Shown here: positions 36,156 to 44,966 of the stretch, piece after piece
Position numbering within the stretch: the stretch's first letter is position 1
Layout: each line of letters begins with the position of its first letter
Origin: Dehalococcoidia bacterium
GTDB taxonomy: Bacteria; Chloroflexota; Dehalococcoidia; Lucifugimonadales; UBA3495
Direction: 5' to 3'
Assembly: GCA_965203005.1 (NCBI GenBank)
Contig: CBDBBS010000002.1
Span: 3,686,761-3,750,760 of the forward strand
Length of the DNA: 64,000 bases
Program-made: the position numbers and the translations under genes
Notes under the pieces: generated by a model
Told to the model about the DNA's origin: nothing
Database searches by the model: none
The model's input: only the letters and a program-made list of their open reading frames with translations

Positions 36156-36234
36156 AACTTGACGTGGATTATACTTGCCTCTGCGAAATGGCCCGACCGT
36201 GAGGGGCGTGCCGGAATTGATGGGGAGAAGAATT

Positions 36235-36570
36235 ATGCTGGTAAGGATCTACACTGGCGACGATGGACAGTCCCACCTCGAGGAGCTGGGCATGCCCAGC
36301 GAGGAGGTGCTTCGGGTAGCCACCAAGCCGGGCGAGGACCTGGTGTTCCGCAAGTCTGCCGAGAACAGCTTCAGCGACTGGCACCACCCCAGCCGTCGCC
36401 AATACCTGATCGTGCTGGAGGGCCGAATGGAAGTGACTTGCGGCGACGGCTCGACGCGGCAGTTCCAGCCCGGCGACGTGCTGCTGGCCGAGGACATGAC
36501 AGGCCAGGGCCACCAGACCCGCGCCATCGGCGGCAGCTACCGAAGCGTCAGCATGGGGATCCCGGACTAG
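36235..36570 (+). CDS. cupin domain protein
   Basis: 111 aa from ATG at 36235 after GGGGAGAAG. ...DWHHPSRRQYLIVLEGRMEV...GDVLLAED.... Confidence 0.65.
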   Translation: MLVRIYTGDDGQSHLEELGMPSEEVLRVATKPGEDLVFRKSAENSFSDWHHPSRRQYLIVLEGRMEVTCGDGSTRQFQPGDVLLAEDMTGQGHQTRAIGGSYRSVSMGIPD

Positions 36571-36630
36571 AACGTTGGCTCTCTCGTACCCCTTTTGACC
36601 AGGCGTGGAGCGTAATTCCAGAATCGGGCA

Positions 36631-37959
36631 GTGCCGTCCCAGGGTGAAAGATCTCCAGTGGTAGAGAACGCGTCCCCCACCCCCGCCGCGCCCTCGCTTT
36701 GGGCCCGCGTAAGAGGCCCGTGGCAGGAGCCTTCCTTTCGCTGGTACTGGGCGGGATCACTGGCGCAGGCCATGTCCCATGGGATGCAGTTCCTGGTGCT
36801 GGGGTGGCTGGTGCTGGAGGTCACGGGCGACCAGACCCAGTTGGGGCTGACTATTTCGCTTTACGGCCTGCCCAATATCGCATTCCTGATGGCGGGCGGC
36901 ATCATCGCCGACCGGGTGGACCGCAAGCAACTGCTGATGGTTACCCAGGCGATGGTGGGAGCGATGGTCGGCGTGCTGGCGGCGCTCACCATCACAGACC
37001 AGGTGGCGCTGTGGCACATATACCTGGCGGCGGTGCTCCTGGGAGTGCTGCAGGGTCTGAACATGCCGGCCCGGATAGCTATGCTCTCGGACCTGGTCGG
37101 GGAGCGCAGGCTGCTGGACGCCGTGGGTCAGTTCAACGCGGCGCAGCACGCGGGCCGGATCGTCGGCCCTCCTATTGCCGGAGTGCTGATCGACCAGTGG
37201 GGCATGGGGGTGGTGCTGGTCCTGAACGCGGCGTGCTATGGCGCCAGCGTCCTCCTGCTGATCATGGTCCGGGGGGCGTTCAGCCGTCCGGAGACCAACC
37301 GGCAGCCGCTGCTGCGCCACATCAGAGAGGGCATATCCGTCATACGCGACACCCCGATGCTCTTTACGGTCCTGGTGATGACCTGCATCTTCGGCGGGTT
37401 CGGTATGGCCCACCTGCAGGTGCTGCCAGCCTTTGCCAAGGAAATGCTCGACAGCAGCGCCTCCGGGGTCGGGCTGCTGCTGCTGGCCTCGGGCATTGGC
37501 GCCCTCACAGGCAGCCTGACCCTGACGCTAATGCATCGCGAGTGGCTTTACCGCTGGCTGGTGTTCTGCATTTCCACGTTCACGGTGCTGCTGGCATTGA
37601 TGGCCTGGAGCGGCGCGCTGGATGATCTGACAGGCTCGGACTGGAGTGGGTGGTTCTGGGTAACCTGGGTGTTCGTTCTGCTGGTGGGCATCGTGGCCAT
37701 CGGGTGGGTATGGCCGCTGACGACCACAATCATCCAGCTGGCCTCACCGGCGGAGTTGCGGGGCCGGGTGCTGGGAGTGTTCCACCTCGTCCCGGGCTTC
37801 CACTTGCTGGGGGCCTGGCCCCTGACACTGGCTGCGGCTGGCATCGGTTGGCCGCTGGCCATTACGGGCGCGGCGGCAGTCTGTTTGACGGTGACCCTGT
37901 CCTACGGACTGGCTCGCAAGGGCGGCCGTAAACTGGCGGCGCACCCGGCCGCCTCTTGA
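36631..37959 (+). CDS. MFS transporter (paralogue 1)
   Basis: 442 aa, ~12 TM. FRWYWAGSLAQAMSHGMQFLVLGWLVLEVTG...GGIIADRVDRKQLL. Confidence 0.85.
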   Translation: MPSQGERSPVVENASPTPAAPSLWARVRGPWQEPSFRWYWAGSLAQAMSHGMQFLVLGWLVLEVTGDQTQLGLTISLYGLPNIAFLMAGGIIADRVDRKQLLMVTQAMVGAMVGVLAALTITDQVALWHIYLAAVLLGVLQGLNMPARIAMLSDLVGERRLLDAVGQFNAAQHAGRIVGPPIAGVLIDQWGMGVVLVLNAACYGASVLLLIMVRGAFSRPETNRQPLLRHIREGISVIRDTPMLFTVLVMTCIFGGFGMAHLQVLPAFAKEMLDSSASGVGLLLLASGIGALTGSLTLTLMHREWLYRWLVFCISTFTVLLALMAWSGALDDLTGSDWSGWFWVTWVFVLLVGIVAIGWVWPLTTTIIQLASPAELRGRVLGVFHLVPGFHLLGAWPLTLAAAGIGWPLAITGAAAVCLTVTLSYGLARKGGRKLAAHPAAS

Positions 37960-37975
37960 GCTTGTCGAAGGATGA
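37953..37975. repeat. repeat family C, single unit overlapping the MFS stop codon
   Basis: CTCTTGAGCTTGTCGAAGGATGA. Confidence 0.6.
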
Positions 37976-38137
37976 TTCAAAATGCGTTTGCCAGACGAGG
38001 CTCACGCGGCGCCGCGCATTTGCAGCCGGATGCAGGTACACTGTCTGCGCAATGTGGCTTTCTGGCACCTACATGGACGGGCTGGGAATATTATTGATTC
38101 GCTACGATTCAGATAGCGGCCCAATGAGAGCGTATCG

Positions 38138-39448
38138 TTGGTAACCACTGCCGCTTCGTCCCCGGCGCCGTCCTATTGGGCCAGGTCCAAGGGGCCGTGG
38201 CGATTCGCCGGATTCCGCTGGTACTGGCTGGGGTCGTTCTCCCAGGCCGTGGCCCAGGGAATGCAGTTCCTGGTGCTGGGGTGGCTGGTCCTGGAGCTTA
38301 CCGGGTCCTCCATCCAGCAGCTTGGACTGGTGGTATTCCTCTACGGCATTCCCAATACCATCCTCCTGCCCGTCGGCGGTGTGATCGCCGACCGCATAGA
38401 CCGCAGGCTGCTGCTTATCCTGACGCAGGCCGGTGTCGGCGTGCTTATCGGCGTGATGGCACTGCTGACCGTCGCGGGAGCGGTCACCCTCTGGCACGTG
38501 TACCTGGCCGTGGCGCTGCTGGGAGTGCTGCAGGCCCTGAACCAGCCGGCCCGCGTGACGTTGCTATCGGACATCGTGGGGCCGGCGGCCTTGCTGGATG
38601 CTATAGCCCAGTTCAATGCGGCGGTGCATATCGGGCGGATCATCGGCCCGCCCCTGGCCGGAATGCTCATCGACGGGCCGCCGTTGATCGCGCAATACTT
38701 CGATGTGTGGGGCCTTGGCGCCGGCCTCGCCGCAAACTCGGTCTTTTATTTCCTTAGCGTCCTGTTCCTGTTCCCCATAAGAGGCTCATTCAGGGCGGAG
38801 AACGTGGCCCGAGAGCCGCTGGTCCGCAATTTCATAAACGGCTTCTCTGCTATAAGAAACTCCCCGGTTCTGCTGACCGTGATTGTCCTGGCCTGCTCCT
38901 TCGGCGGATTTGGGATGTCTCACATGCAGGTGATTCCAGCATTCGCCAAGGACCAGCTGCTGGCGGACGCCACCCAGGCGGGGCTGATCCTGCAGGCGTC
39001 GGGAGTGGGATCCCTGATCGGCAGTATCGCGATAACCTTCATGCACCGGGCGTGGCTCTACCGTTGGCTGCTGGTGTGCCTGGTTACCATGGGCGCGTCC
39101 CTGATCGCGTTCGGCTGGGTGACCTCGTTCTGGGTGTCCTGGACGCTGTTCGTCGTGGTGGGAGTGTTCAGCCTGGGCTCCGTGTGGCCCATAGCCACTA
39201 CCATCCTGCAGCTGTCCACACCACCCGAGCTGCGGGGACGGGTGATGGGAGTCTTCCACTTCACCCCCGGCTTCCACTACATCGGGGCGTTGCCGCTGTC
39301 GTTCGTAGCCGCAGGGGTGGGTTGGCCCTTGGCCATCACCATCGCGGCCGGGCTGATGTTGCTGGTGACCTTCTGGTTCGGGCTGGGCCGCAGGGACGGA
39401 CGGACGCTGGCATCCAGACCCGCGTCGGCGTCCGGGTCTCTGGCCTGA
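38138..39448 (+). CDS. MFS transporter (paralogue 2)
   Basis: 436 aa. FRWYWLGSFSQAVAQGMQFLVLGWLVLELTG...GGVIADRIDRRLLL. Collinear with paralogue 1. TTG start as given in the track. Confidence 0.8.
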   Translation: MVTTAASSPAPSYWARSKGPWRFAGFRWYWLGSFSQAVAQGMQFLVLGWLVLELTGSSIQQLGLVVFLYGIPNTILLPVGGVIADRIDRRLLLILTQAGVGVLIGVMALLTVAGAVTLWHVYLAVALLGVLQALNQPARVTLLSDIVGPAALLDAIAQFNAAVHIGRIIGPPLAGMLIDGPPLIAQYFDVWGLGAGLAANSVFYFLSVLFLFPIRGSFRAENVAREPLVRNFINGFSAIRNSPVLLTVIVLACSFGGFGMSHMQVIPAFAKDQLLADATQAGLILQASGVGSLIGSIAITFMHRAWLYRWLLVCLVTMGASLIAFGWVTSFWVSWTLFVVVGVFSLGSVWPIATTILQLSTPPELRGRVMGVFHFTPGFHYIGALPLSFVAAGVGWPLAITIAAGLMLLVTFWFGLGRRDGRTLASRPASASGSLA

Positions 39449-39573
39449 AGCGCCCGTCCTTGACACCCCGCAGCCCAGTGGGTAGATTGCGGACAATCGC
39501 TGCGCTATTCCTGCGCTCGCCATTTGCTGCGCTACTCGACTTTCCCACTTGAACTTCAAGGAGCCGACTCTCA

Positions 39574-40737
39574 ATGAAAGACACCATCGAGGTATTCTGG
39601 TTCTCCGAGCAGCCATACGCCCACGTCACGGACGCCGACCTTGAGCAGTACGACTCCGGACGGCTGGGCTTTCCCAACACGTACTTCGACCCCCACAAGG
39701 CCCATGTGCTGTACAACCAGTACCACGAGCAGTACGCGCTGGCCGACGAGGTCGGGTTCGACGGCATCATGTCCAACGAGCACCACGCCTCCTACTGGTG
39801 CATGAAGCCGGCGGTCAACCTGGACGCCGCGGTCATCTCCAAGATCACGAAGAACACCAAGATCGCCATCCTCGGCAACGTGATCGCCGTCAACGACCCC
39901 ATCCGCATGGCCGAGGAAATCGCCATGCTGGACTGCTTCTCCAACGGCCGCATCATCTCCGGGTTCGTGCGCGGTACCGCCGTGGAGAGCCTGACCGGGG
40001 GCATCATCCCCGCCGAGAACCGCGCCCGCTTCGAGGAGGCCCACGACCTGATCATCAAGTGCTGGACCGAGCCGGGCCCCTTCCGCTATGAGGGAAACTT
40101 TTATCACTACCGCGCCGTGAACCCCTGGGTGCTGCCGGTGCAGGACCCGCACCCGCCCATCTGGTTTCCCGGACTCTCCAGCGCCGAGAGCGTGGTCTGG
40201 GCGGCCCGCCACCAGCACCCCTACATGAACCTGGGCTCGCTGCTGGACTACACCGAGGGCCTCAAGGGCGTCTACATCGACACCGCGAAGGAGGTCGGGT
40301 TCACGCCCGGGCCGGAGCATTTCGGCTACCTGCTGCGGGTGTTCTGCGCCGACACCGACGAGAAGGCCCAGGAGATCGGCCAGACCTTCCTGTGGACCGA
40401 GCACCACCGCAACCGCGGCCCTGCCGAGCATAACGACCCGCCGGGCTACCAGTCCCGCGAGGCCGTGCGCATCCAGCGGCAGTTGCCGGGCGCTGGCGGC
40501 TTCGGACGCCGCATGACCTACCAGGAACTGCAGGACGTCGACAATGTCATCGTCGGTAGCCCGGACACTGTGACCCGCAAGCTCTCGAACATCATCGAGC
40601 GCCTGAACCCCGGCTACCTGCACATCTACGGCAACGAGGGCGACATGGACCACGCCGACGTTATGCGCTCGGTGGAACTGCTGGGCAAGGAGGTCATCCC
40701 CGCCCTGCACGAAATCCAGTTGCAGCCCTACGAATAG
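39574..40737 (+). CDS. luciferase-like (LLM class) flavin-dependent oxidoreductase
   Basis: 387 aa. ...ADEVGFDGIMSNEHHAS...IAILGNVIAVNDPIRMAEEIAMLDCFSNGRIISGFVRG.... Confidence 0.85.
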   Translation: MKDTIEVFWFSEQPYAHVTDADLEQYDSGRLGFPNTYFDPHKAHVLYNQYHEQYALADEVGFDGIMSNEHHASYWCMKPAVNLDAAVISKITKNTKIAILGNVIAVNDPIRMAEEIAMLDCFSNGRIISGFVRGTAVESLTGGIIPAENRARFEEAHDLIIKCWTEPGPFRYEGNFYHYRAVNPWVLPVQDPHPPIWFPGLSSAESVVWAARHQHPYMNLGSLLDYTEGLKGVYIDTAKEVGFTPGPEHFGYLLRVFCADTDEKAQEIGQTFLWTEHHRNRGPAEHNDPPGYQSREAVRIQRQLPGAGGFGRRMTYQELQDVDNVIVGSPDTVTRKLSNIIERLNPGYLHIYGNEGDMDHADVMRSVELLGKEVIPALHEIQLQPYE

Positions 40738-40831
40738 TCTGAACTGGGGTTAGTGGGATTAAGGGATTACTCTGATTCGGCAACCGAAAAATCAAGGCAA
40801 TCATACATATCACGAAAATCAGAGTTCAGAC
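40737..40831 (+). repeat. MITE-like repeat family A, copy c
   Basis: GTCTGAACTGGGGTTAGTGGGATTAAGGGATTAC...CACGAAAATCAGAGTTCAGAC. The first base is the last base of the upstream TAG. AGGAGG and the next ATG follow within 12 nt. Confidence 0.8.
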
Positions 40832-40843
40832 AGGAGGAATCCA

Positions 40844-42007
40844 ATGATCACCAAATTTGACAGCCTGTTCGCTGGCCACGTCGACATGACCAACATCGGC
40901 TACGCCGGCACCGCGGTCAACGACCGCATCTTCGACAACGACCACCTGTCCACCGTGTTTCCCAAGTCCGAGGCCATCGCCAAGACCATGGACGAGAACG
41001 GCTACGACACTATGTGGATGGCCGAGCACCACTTTCAGCCCGAGGGCTATGAGTGCATTCCCAACCTCATCATGCTCAATGTCCACCTGGCTCACCTGAC
41101 CAAGAACCTGAAGTTCGGTTGTGGCTTCAACATCGCCCCCATGTGGAACCCGCTGCGTTTGGCTGAGGACTACGCCACCGCCGACATCCTTACCGGCGGG
41201 CGGGTCATCTTCGGCGTGGGTCGCGGCTATCACACCCGCGAGGTGGAGAGCTTCGGGTCGCCGTTGCAGGACCAGGACGCCAACCGTGAGCTGTTCGAGG
41301 AGCAGGTGGAGATCATTTTCAAGGCGTTCAACGAGGAGTCGTGGTCGCACCAGGGCAAGTACTACACCCTGCCGCCCGAGGTGCCCTACCGGGGTTACAC
41401 GCTCAAGGAGCTGACTTTGGTGCCTCGCCCGCGCACGCTGCCCGTGGAGTGCTGGCAGCCGATCCAGGGCGGAACGCAGCGGGCGCTGGACTTCATGGTC
41501 AAGCACAACATCAAGGGGATCATCGGCGGCGGCGTGGCCGAAGGCGGCGCCATGGACAACGTGATCTACGGCTACCGTGATGCCATGATCCGGGCCGGCC
41601 ACGAGGACCCGGAGCCGGGCACCAACCTCAGTGTCGGCTTCCACTTCCACCTGGCGCCCAGCGTGGAGCAGGCGATGGAGGAGGCCCAGGGGTTTTTCGA
41701 GGAGAACCTCAAGATGTTCGGCCCGCTGCGCCTGAGCCGCCGCCTCTCCGACGAGCAGATCCGCGACATCAGCGATCCGCGCCGCGCGCCCACCGCCGGT
41801 CTGCCCACGATCCAGGGCGCGGTCGAGGGCGGCGCGTTCCTGGCGGGCCCGCCGGAGCGGGTCATCGAGCAGCTGAAGGCCGTCGAGAAAGAGTATCCGG
41901 GCCTCGACCGCGTGGGCGTCAGCCACCCCGTCGGCACCCCCGAAAGCGTGATCACCGAGCAGCTAGAGTGGTTCGCCAAGGAGGTAATGCCGGAGTTCAA
42001 GGGGTAG
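40844..42007 (+). CDS. luciferase-like (LLM class) flavin-dependent oxidoreductase
   Basis: 387 aa. ...ENGYDTMWMAEHHFQPEGYECIPN...FGCGFNIAPMWNPLRLAEDYATADILTGGRVIFGVGRGYH.... Confidence 0.85.
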   Translation: MITKFDSLFAGHVDMTNIGYAGTAVNDRIFDNDHLSTVFPKSEAIAKTMDENGYDTMWMAEHHFQPEGYECIPNLIMLNVHLAHLTKNLKFGCGFNIAPMWNPLRLAEDYATADILTGGRVIFGVGRGYHTREVESFGSPLQDQDANRELFEEQVEIIFKAFNEESWSHQGKYYTLPPEVPYRGYTLKELTLVPRPRTLPVECWQPIQGGTQRALDFMVKHNIKGIIGGGVAEGGAMDNVIYGYRDAMIRAGHEDPEPGTNLSVGFHFHLAPSVEQAMEEAQGFFEENLKMFGPLRLSRRLSDEQIRDISDPRRAPTAGLPTIQGAVEGGAFLAGPPERVIEQLKAVEKEYPGLDRVGVSHPVGTPESVITEQLEWFAKEVMPEFKG

Positions 42008-42113
42008 GCGTAGGTCTGTGTGGTGCCCGATTGGTAGCGGGTTGACAAGAAGTCATCCCCTATATAGCATGGCTTTTGTATGACCGCCCCTTTCGCTTCC
42101 GGCGATTGGGTGT

Positions 42114-42144
42114 CAACGGCCACCTCCGACAGAGGTGGCCGTTG
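42114..42144 (+). terminator. strong stem-loop after the LLM gene and before the NYN gene
   Basis: CAACGGCCACCTC-cgaca-GAGGTGGCCGTTG is a perfect 13-bp stem, followed by CATTTGT. Confidence 0.5.
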
Positions 42145-42161
42145 CATTTGTAGGACAATTG

Positions 42162-42806
42162 ATGAAGGCTAATGTCTATGTAGACGGTTTCAACCTTTAC
42201 TTCGGCGCATTGAGGGGCACTCCATATAAGTGGCTCGACCTTTCGTCGATATGCAAAAGGCTGCTACCAAATCGCGAGATAAACAGAATCAGGTATTTCA
42301 CAGCTCGTGTATCGCCCCTGCCGCATAATCCGGATGCTCCGGATAGGCAGGATGCCTACATCAGAGCTTTGGAAACACTCCCTGATGTTACTGTTCATTT
42401 TGGAAGATTCTCGTCACACCCGGCTTACGCTCCTGTTTTTCCGCTGGTATACCCAGCCTTGAATCGGCCTGCCCGAACAGTGCGAGTTCTCAAGACAGAG
42501 GAGAAGCGGTCTGATGTGAACCTGGCCACTCTAATGATGGTTGATTGCGTTGACGACGATGTTGATGAGGTTGTGGTTATATCCAACGATTCGGACCTCT
42601 TGTTGCCAATCGAACTTGCAGCCACCAGATTTGGGATGGTTGTAGGCGTAATCAGCCCGCATCGCCGCACCAATATCAGCGTCGAACTATTACAGGCTGC
42701 CACGTGGACTTACAAGACCATCAACCGCAGCGTGCTGGCTGCCAGTCAGTTTCCCGACGTTGTCCAGCACCTCCGAGGTCCCATCACCAAGCCAGCCTCC
42801 TGGTAG
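42162..42806 (+). CDS. NYN-domain (LabA/PIN-like) protein
   Basis: MKANVYVDGFNLYFG...EEKRSDVNLA...VVVISNDSDLLLPIE. These are the NYN acidic motifs. ATG at 42162 lies after the hairpin. Visibly A/T-richer than its neighbours. Confidence 0.7.
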   Translation: MKANVYVDGFNLYFGALRGTPYKWLDLSSICKRLLPNREINRIRYFTARVSPLPHNPDAPDRQDAYIRALETLPDVTVHFGRFSSHPAYAPVFPLVYPALNRPARTVRVLKTEEKRSDVNLATLMMVDCVDDDVDEVVVISNDSDLLLPIELAATRFGMVVGVISPHRRTNISVELLQAATWTYKTINRSVLAASQFPDVVQHLRGPITKPASW

Positions 42807-42904
42807 CCTTCTGCCCTCCGCGTTGACACTCCCAAGTGCCCGCCGTACACTCGCTAGCGGAAATCGTACAGGCGTTTCCAGACTTGGATGGGCGAATTCT
42901 GATA

Positions 42905-43936
42905 ATGCTTTCTACCGAGATTAACGACGCCATCGAGTTGATGTTCGAGACCGGCTGGACCGACGGGCTGCCCGTGGTGCCGCCGTCAGAGGACCTGGTG
43001 CGCCGGTTCGTTGCCCACACCGGACGTAATGGCGACGAACTGATCGCCGAATTGCCTCCCCTTGGTGGCCGGGCCACGGTCGAGCGCATTGCTGTCAACG
43101 CCGTGATGGCGGGTTGCCTGCCCGAGCACATGCCCGTGGTCATCACTGCCCTGCAGGCCATGATGGACGAGCGCTTCAACCTGCGCGGCGTGATGTGCTC
43201 CACCGGCATCCACACGCCGCTGCTCATCGTCAACGGGCCGGTGGTGCAGGACTTGGACATCAACGGCGGCTACAACTGCTTCGGCGCTGGCTGGCGGGCC
43301 AATGCCACCATCGGTCGCGCCGTCAAGCTGGCGCTGGTCAACCTGGGCGGCGCAATCCCGGGCGAGACCAACAAGGCTACCTTCGGCCATCCGGGGGCTT
43401 ACACCTACTGCGTCGCCGAGGATGAGCCGGCCAACCCCTGGATGCCCATGCACGTCGAGATGGGTTACGCCGCCACTGATAGCACGGTAACGGTGTTCCC
43501 CGCCGAGGCGCCGCACAACATCATGTACCACGCATCCAACTCCCGGGACTTCCTGACCGTGCTGGCCGATACCATGTGCACCCTGGGAAACGTGCAGATG
43601 TACGTGATGGGCGACACTTTCGTGGCCATCGGCCCGGAGCACGCCAAGTTCCTGCACGCAGACGGGTGGAACAAGCGGGACATCCGGCAGTTTCTGTTCG
43701 AGCACGCCCGCAAGCCGGTGCGCAAGCTTAAACACGGAGGCCCACCGCAGGGCGACGCCCGGCGTGGCCACTTCTGGCCCCGTTTCATCGACTCCGAGGA
43801 CGACGACCAGATGGTGCCGGTTGTGCGAGCGCCCGACCGCATCCATATCTTCGTGGCCGGAGGCGCCGGTGGCCCCCACTCGGTCTATCTGCCGGGCTGG
43901 GGCTCCCGCGCCGTAACCCGGAAGATTGAATTGTGA
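42905..43936 (+). CDS. conserved-looking protein of unknown function, upstream partner of the UGSC gene
   Basis: 343 aa from ATG at 42905 (the track start is 42836). ...ETGWTDGLPVVPPSEDLV...ATVERIAVNAVMAGCLPEHMP...NGPVVQDLDINGG...RANATIGRAVKLALVNLGG.... I recognise no named domain. Confidence 0.6.
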   Translation: MLSTEINDAIELMFETGWTDGLPVVPPSEDLVRRFVAHTGRNGDELIAELPPLGGRATVERIAVNAVMAGCLPEHMPVVITALQAMMDERFNLRGVMCSTGIHTPLLIVNGPVVQDLDINGGYNCFGAGWRANATIGRAVKLALVNLGGAIPGETNKATFGHPGAYTYCVAEDEPANPWMPMHVEMGYAATDSTVTVFPAEAPHNIMYHASNSRDFLTVLADTMCTLGNVQMYVMGDTFVAIGPEHAKFLHADGWNKRDIRQFLFEHARKPVRKLKHGGPPQGDARRGHFWPRFIDSEDDDQMVPVVRAPDRIHIFVAGGAGGPHSVYLPGWGSRAVTRKIEL

Positions 43937-44017
43937 TTCGTTTGATTCTTATGATTGCCATGATTACGGAATGTCAAATCAGGGAAGTCTCTTAATCCCT
44001 TAAATCACAGTTCAGAC
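43932..44017 (+). repeat. MITE-like repeat family A, copy d (degenerate left end)
   Basis: TGTGATTCGTTTGATTCTTATGATTGCCATGATTACGG...CTTAATCCCTTAAATCACAGTTCAGAC. The upstream stop TGA lies in the left end. The next ATG is 15 nt after the right end. Confidence 0.7.
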
Positions 44018-44032
44018 AGAGGTGAGAGAAAA

Positions 44033-44590
44033 ATGACCGCAACCAATGTTGAAGAACGCCTGCGGCTGATGGGACTGATGAGTCCCGTCGACCCCGATGC
44101 CGCCAACCGCTGGCGGCCCGCGCCCCGGCTGGACACGCTGCACGGCAAGGTCGGCGGGTTCCTGGGCAATCGCAAGGCCAACGCCGCCCTGCTGCTGAGC
44201 GATGTTCGCGAGCTGCTGGACCGGGACATGGAGTTGGGCGATTCGCTGACGGTGGACAAGTACGTCTACTCCCGCCCGGCTGCCGACGACATCATCGAGG
44301 AATTGGCGACGAGCTGCGATTTCGTGGTGACCGCCATCGCTGATTGAGGGTCCTGCACCGCGTGCAGTGTGCACGACGCAATGACCCTCGAGAACCGGGG
44401 CGTCCCCACGGTGGTGCTGTGCACGGATCCGTTCCTGAACTCGGCATTCCGCCACGCCAACACCTTCGGCCGCCGGGACTTCCGGCCCCTTGGCTTTCCG
44501 CACCCGCTGGGCGGTCTGAAGCCGGAGCAGGTGGCGCTACGCGCCAGCGAACTGGAGCAGGCGGTGATCGACGTCCTGACGACGTACTAA
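44033..44590 (+). CDS. UGSC-family selenoprotein (in-frame UGA at 44345-44347 read as selenocysteine)
   Basis: Track fragments 44033..44347 and 44369..44590 share one frame. Read-through gives ...CDFVVTAIAD-U-GSC-TACSVHDAMTLENRGVPTVVLCTDPF.... The stem CTGCAC-cgc-GTGCAG (44353-44367) starts 6 nt after the TGA. Confidence 0.7.
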
Positions 44591-44635
44591 GAATCTAATT
44601 CTGTCGGCCGGTCCACGCCGAATGGAGCCAATTCA

Positions 44636-44863
44636 ATGACAATGAGCAACGAGGAACGAATAGCGCGTCTTGAAGCCGGATACGAGCATCTGGCGACCAA
44701 GGCTGACGTGGAAAACCTGCGATCTGACTTCAAAACGGACATAAGGGCGGCTCAAGCGGAGACAACTCGCCGGATAGACCGGCTGTTCTGGGCGATAGTG
44801 GGGATCGGCGGCGGGCTGCTGGCCGTCGCTGCCGCCGCCTTGATACGGGACACGCTGGTCTGA
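44636..44863 (+). CDS. small coiled-coil protein with a C-terminal TM anchor
   Basis: 75 aa: ...RIARLEAGYEHLATKADVENLRSDFK...RLFWAIVGIGGGLLAVAAAALI.... Confidence 0.5.
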   Translation: MTMSNEERIARLEAGYEHLATKADVENLRSDFKTDIRAAQAETTRRIDRLFWAIVGIGGGLLAVAAAALIRDTLV

Positions 44864-44951
44864 ACTTTGATTCGTCTGATTGTTATGATTTCCTTGATTT
44901 CTACAAGCCCAATCAAAGTAATCCCCTAACCCCCTAAATCACAGTTCAGAC
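44858..44951 (+). repeat. MITE-like repeat family A, copy e
   Basis: GTCTGAACTTTGATTCGTCTGATTGTTATGATTTCC...CCCTAAATCACAGTTCAGAC. The upstream stop TGA lies inside the left end. GAAGGAGG and the ATG follow the right end. Confidence 0.8.
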
Positions 44952-44966
44952 AGAAGGAGGCCCGCC

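Noticed and set aside
39571-41926. Two long minus-strand ORFs (379 and 366 aa)
   Set aside because: These are mirror frames of the two LLM oxidoreductase genes and have no motifs. Their Val/Gly/Ala/Asp/His-rich composition is typical of antisense GC-rich frames.
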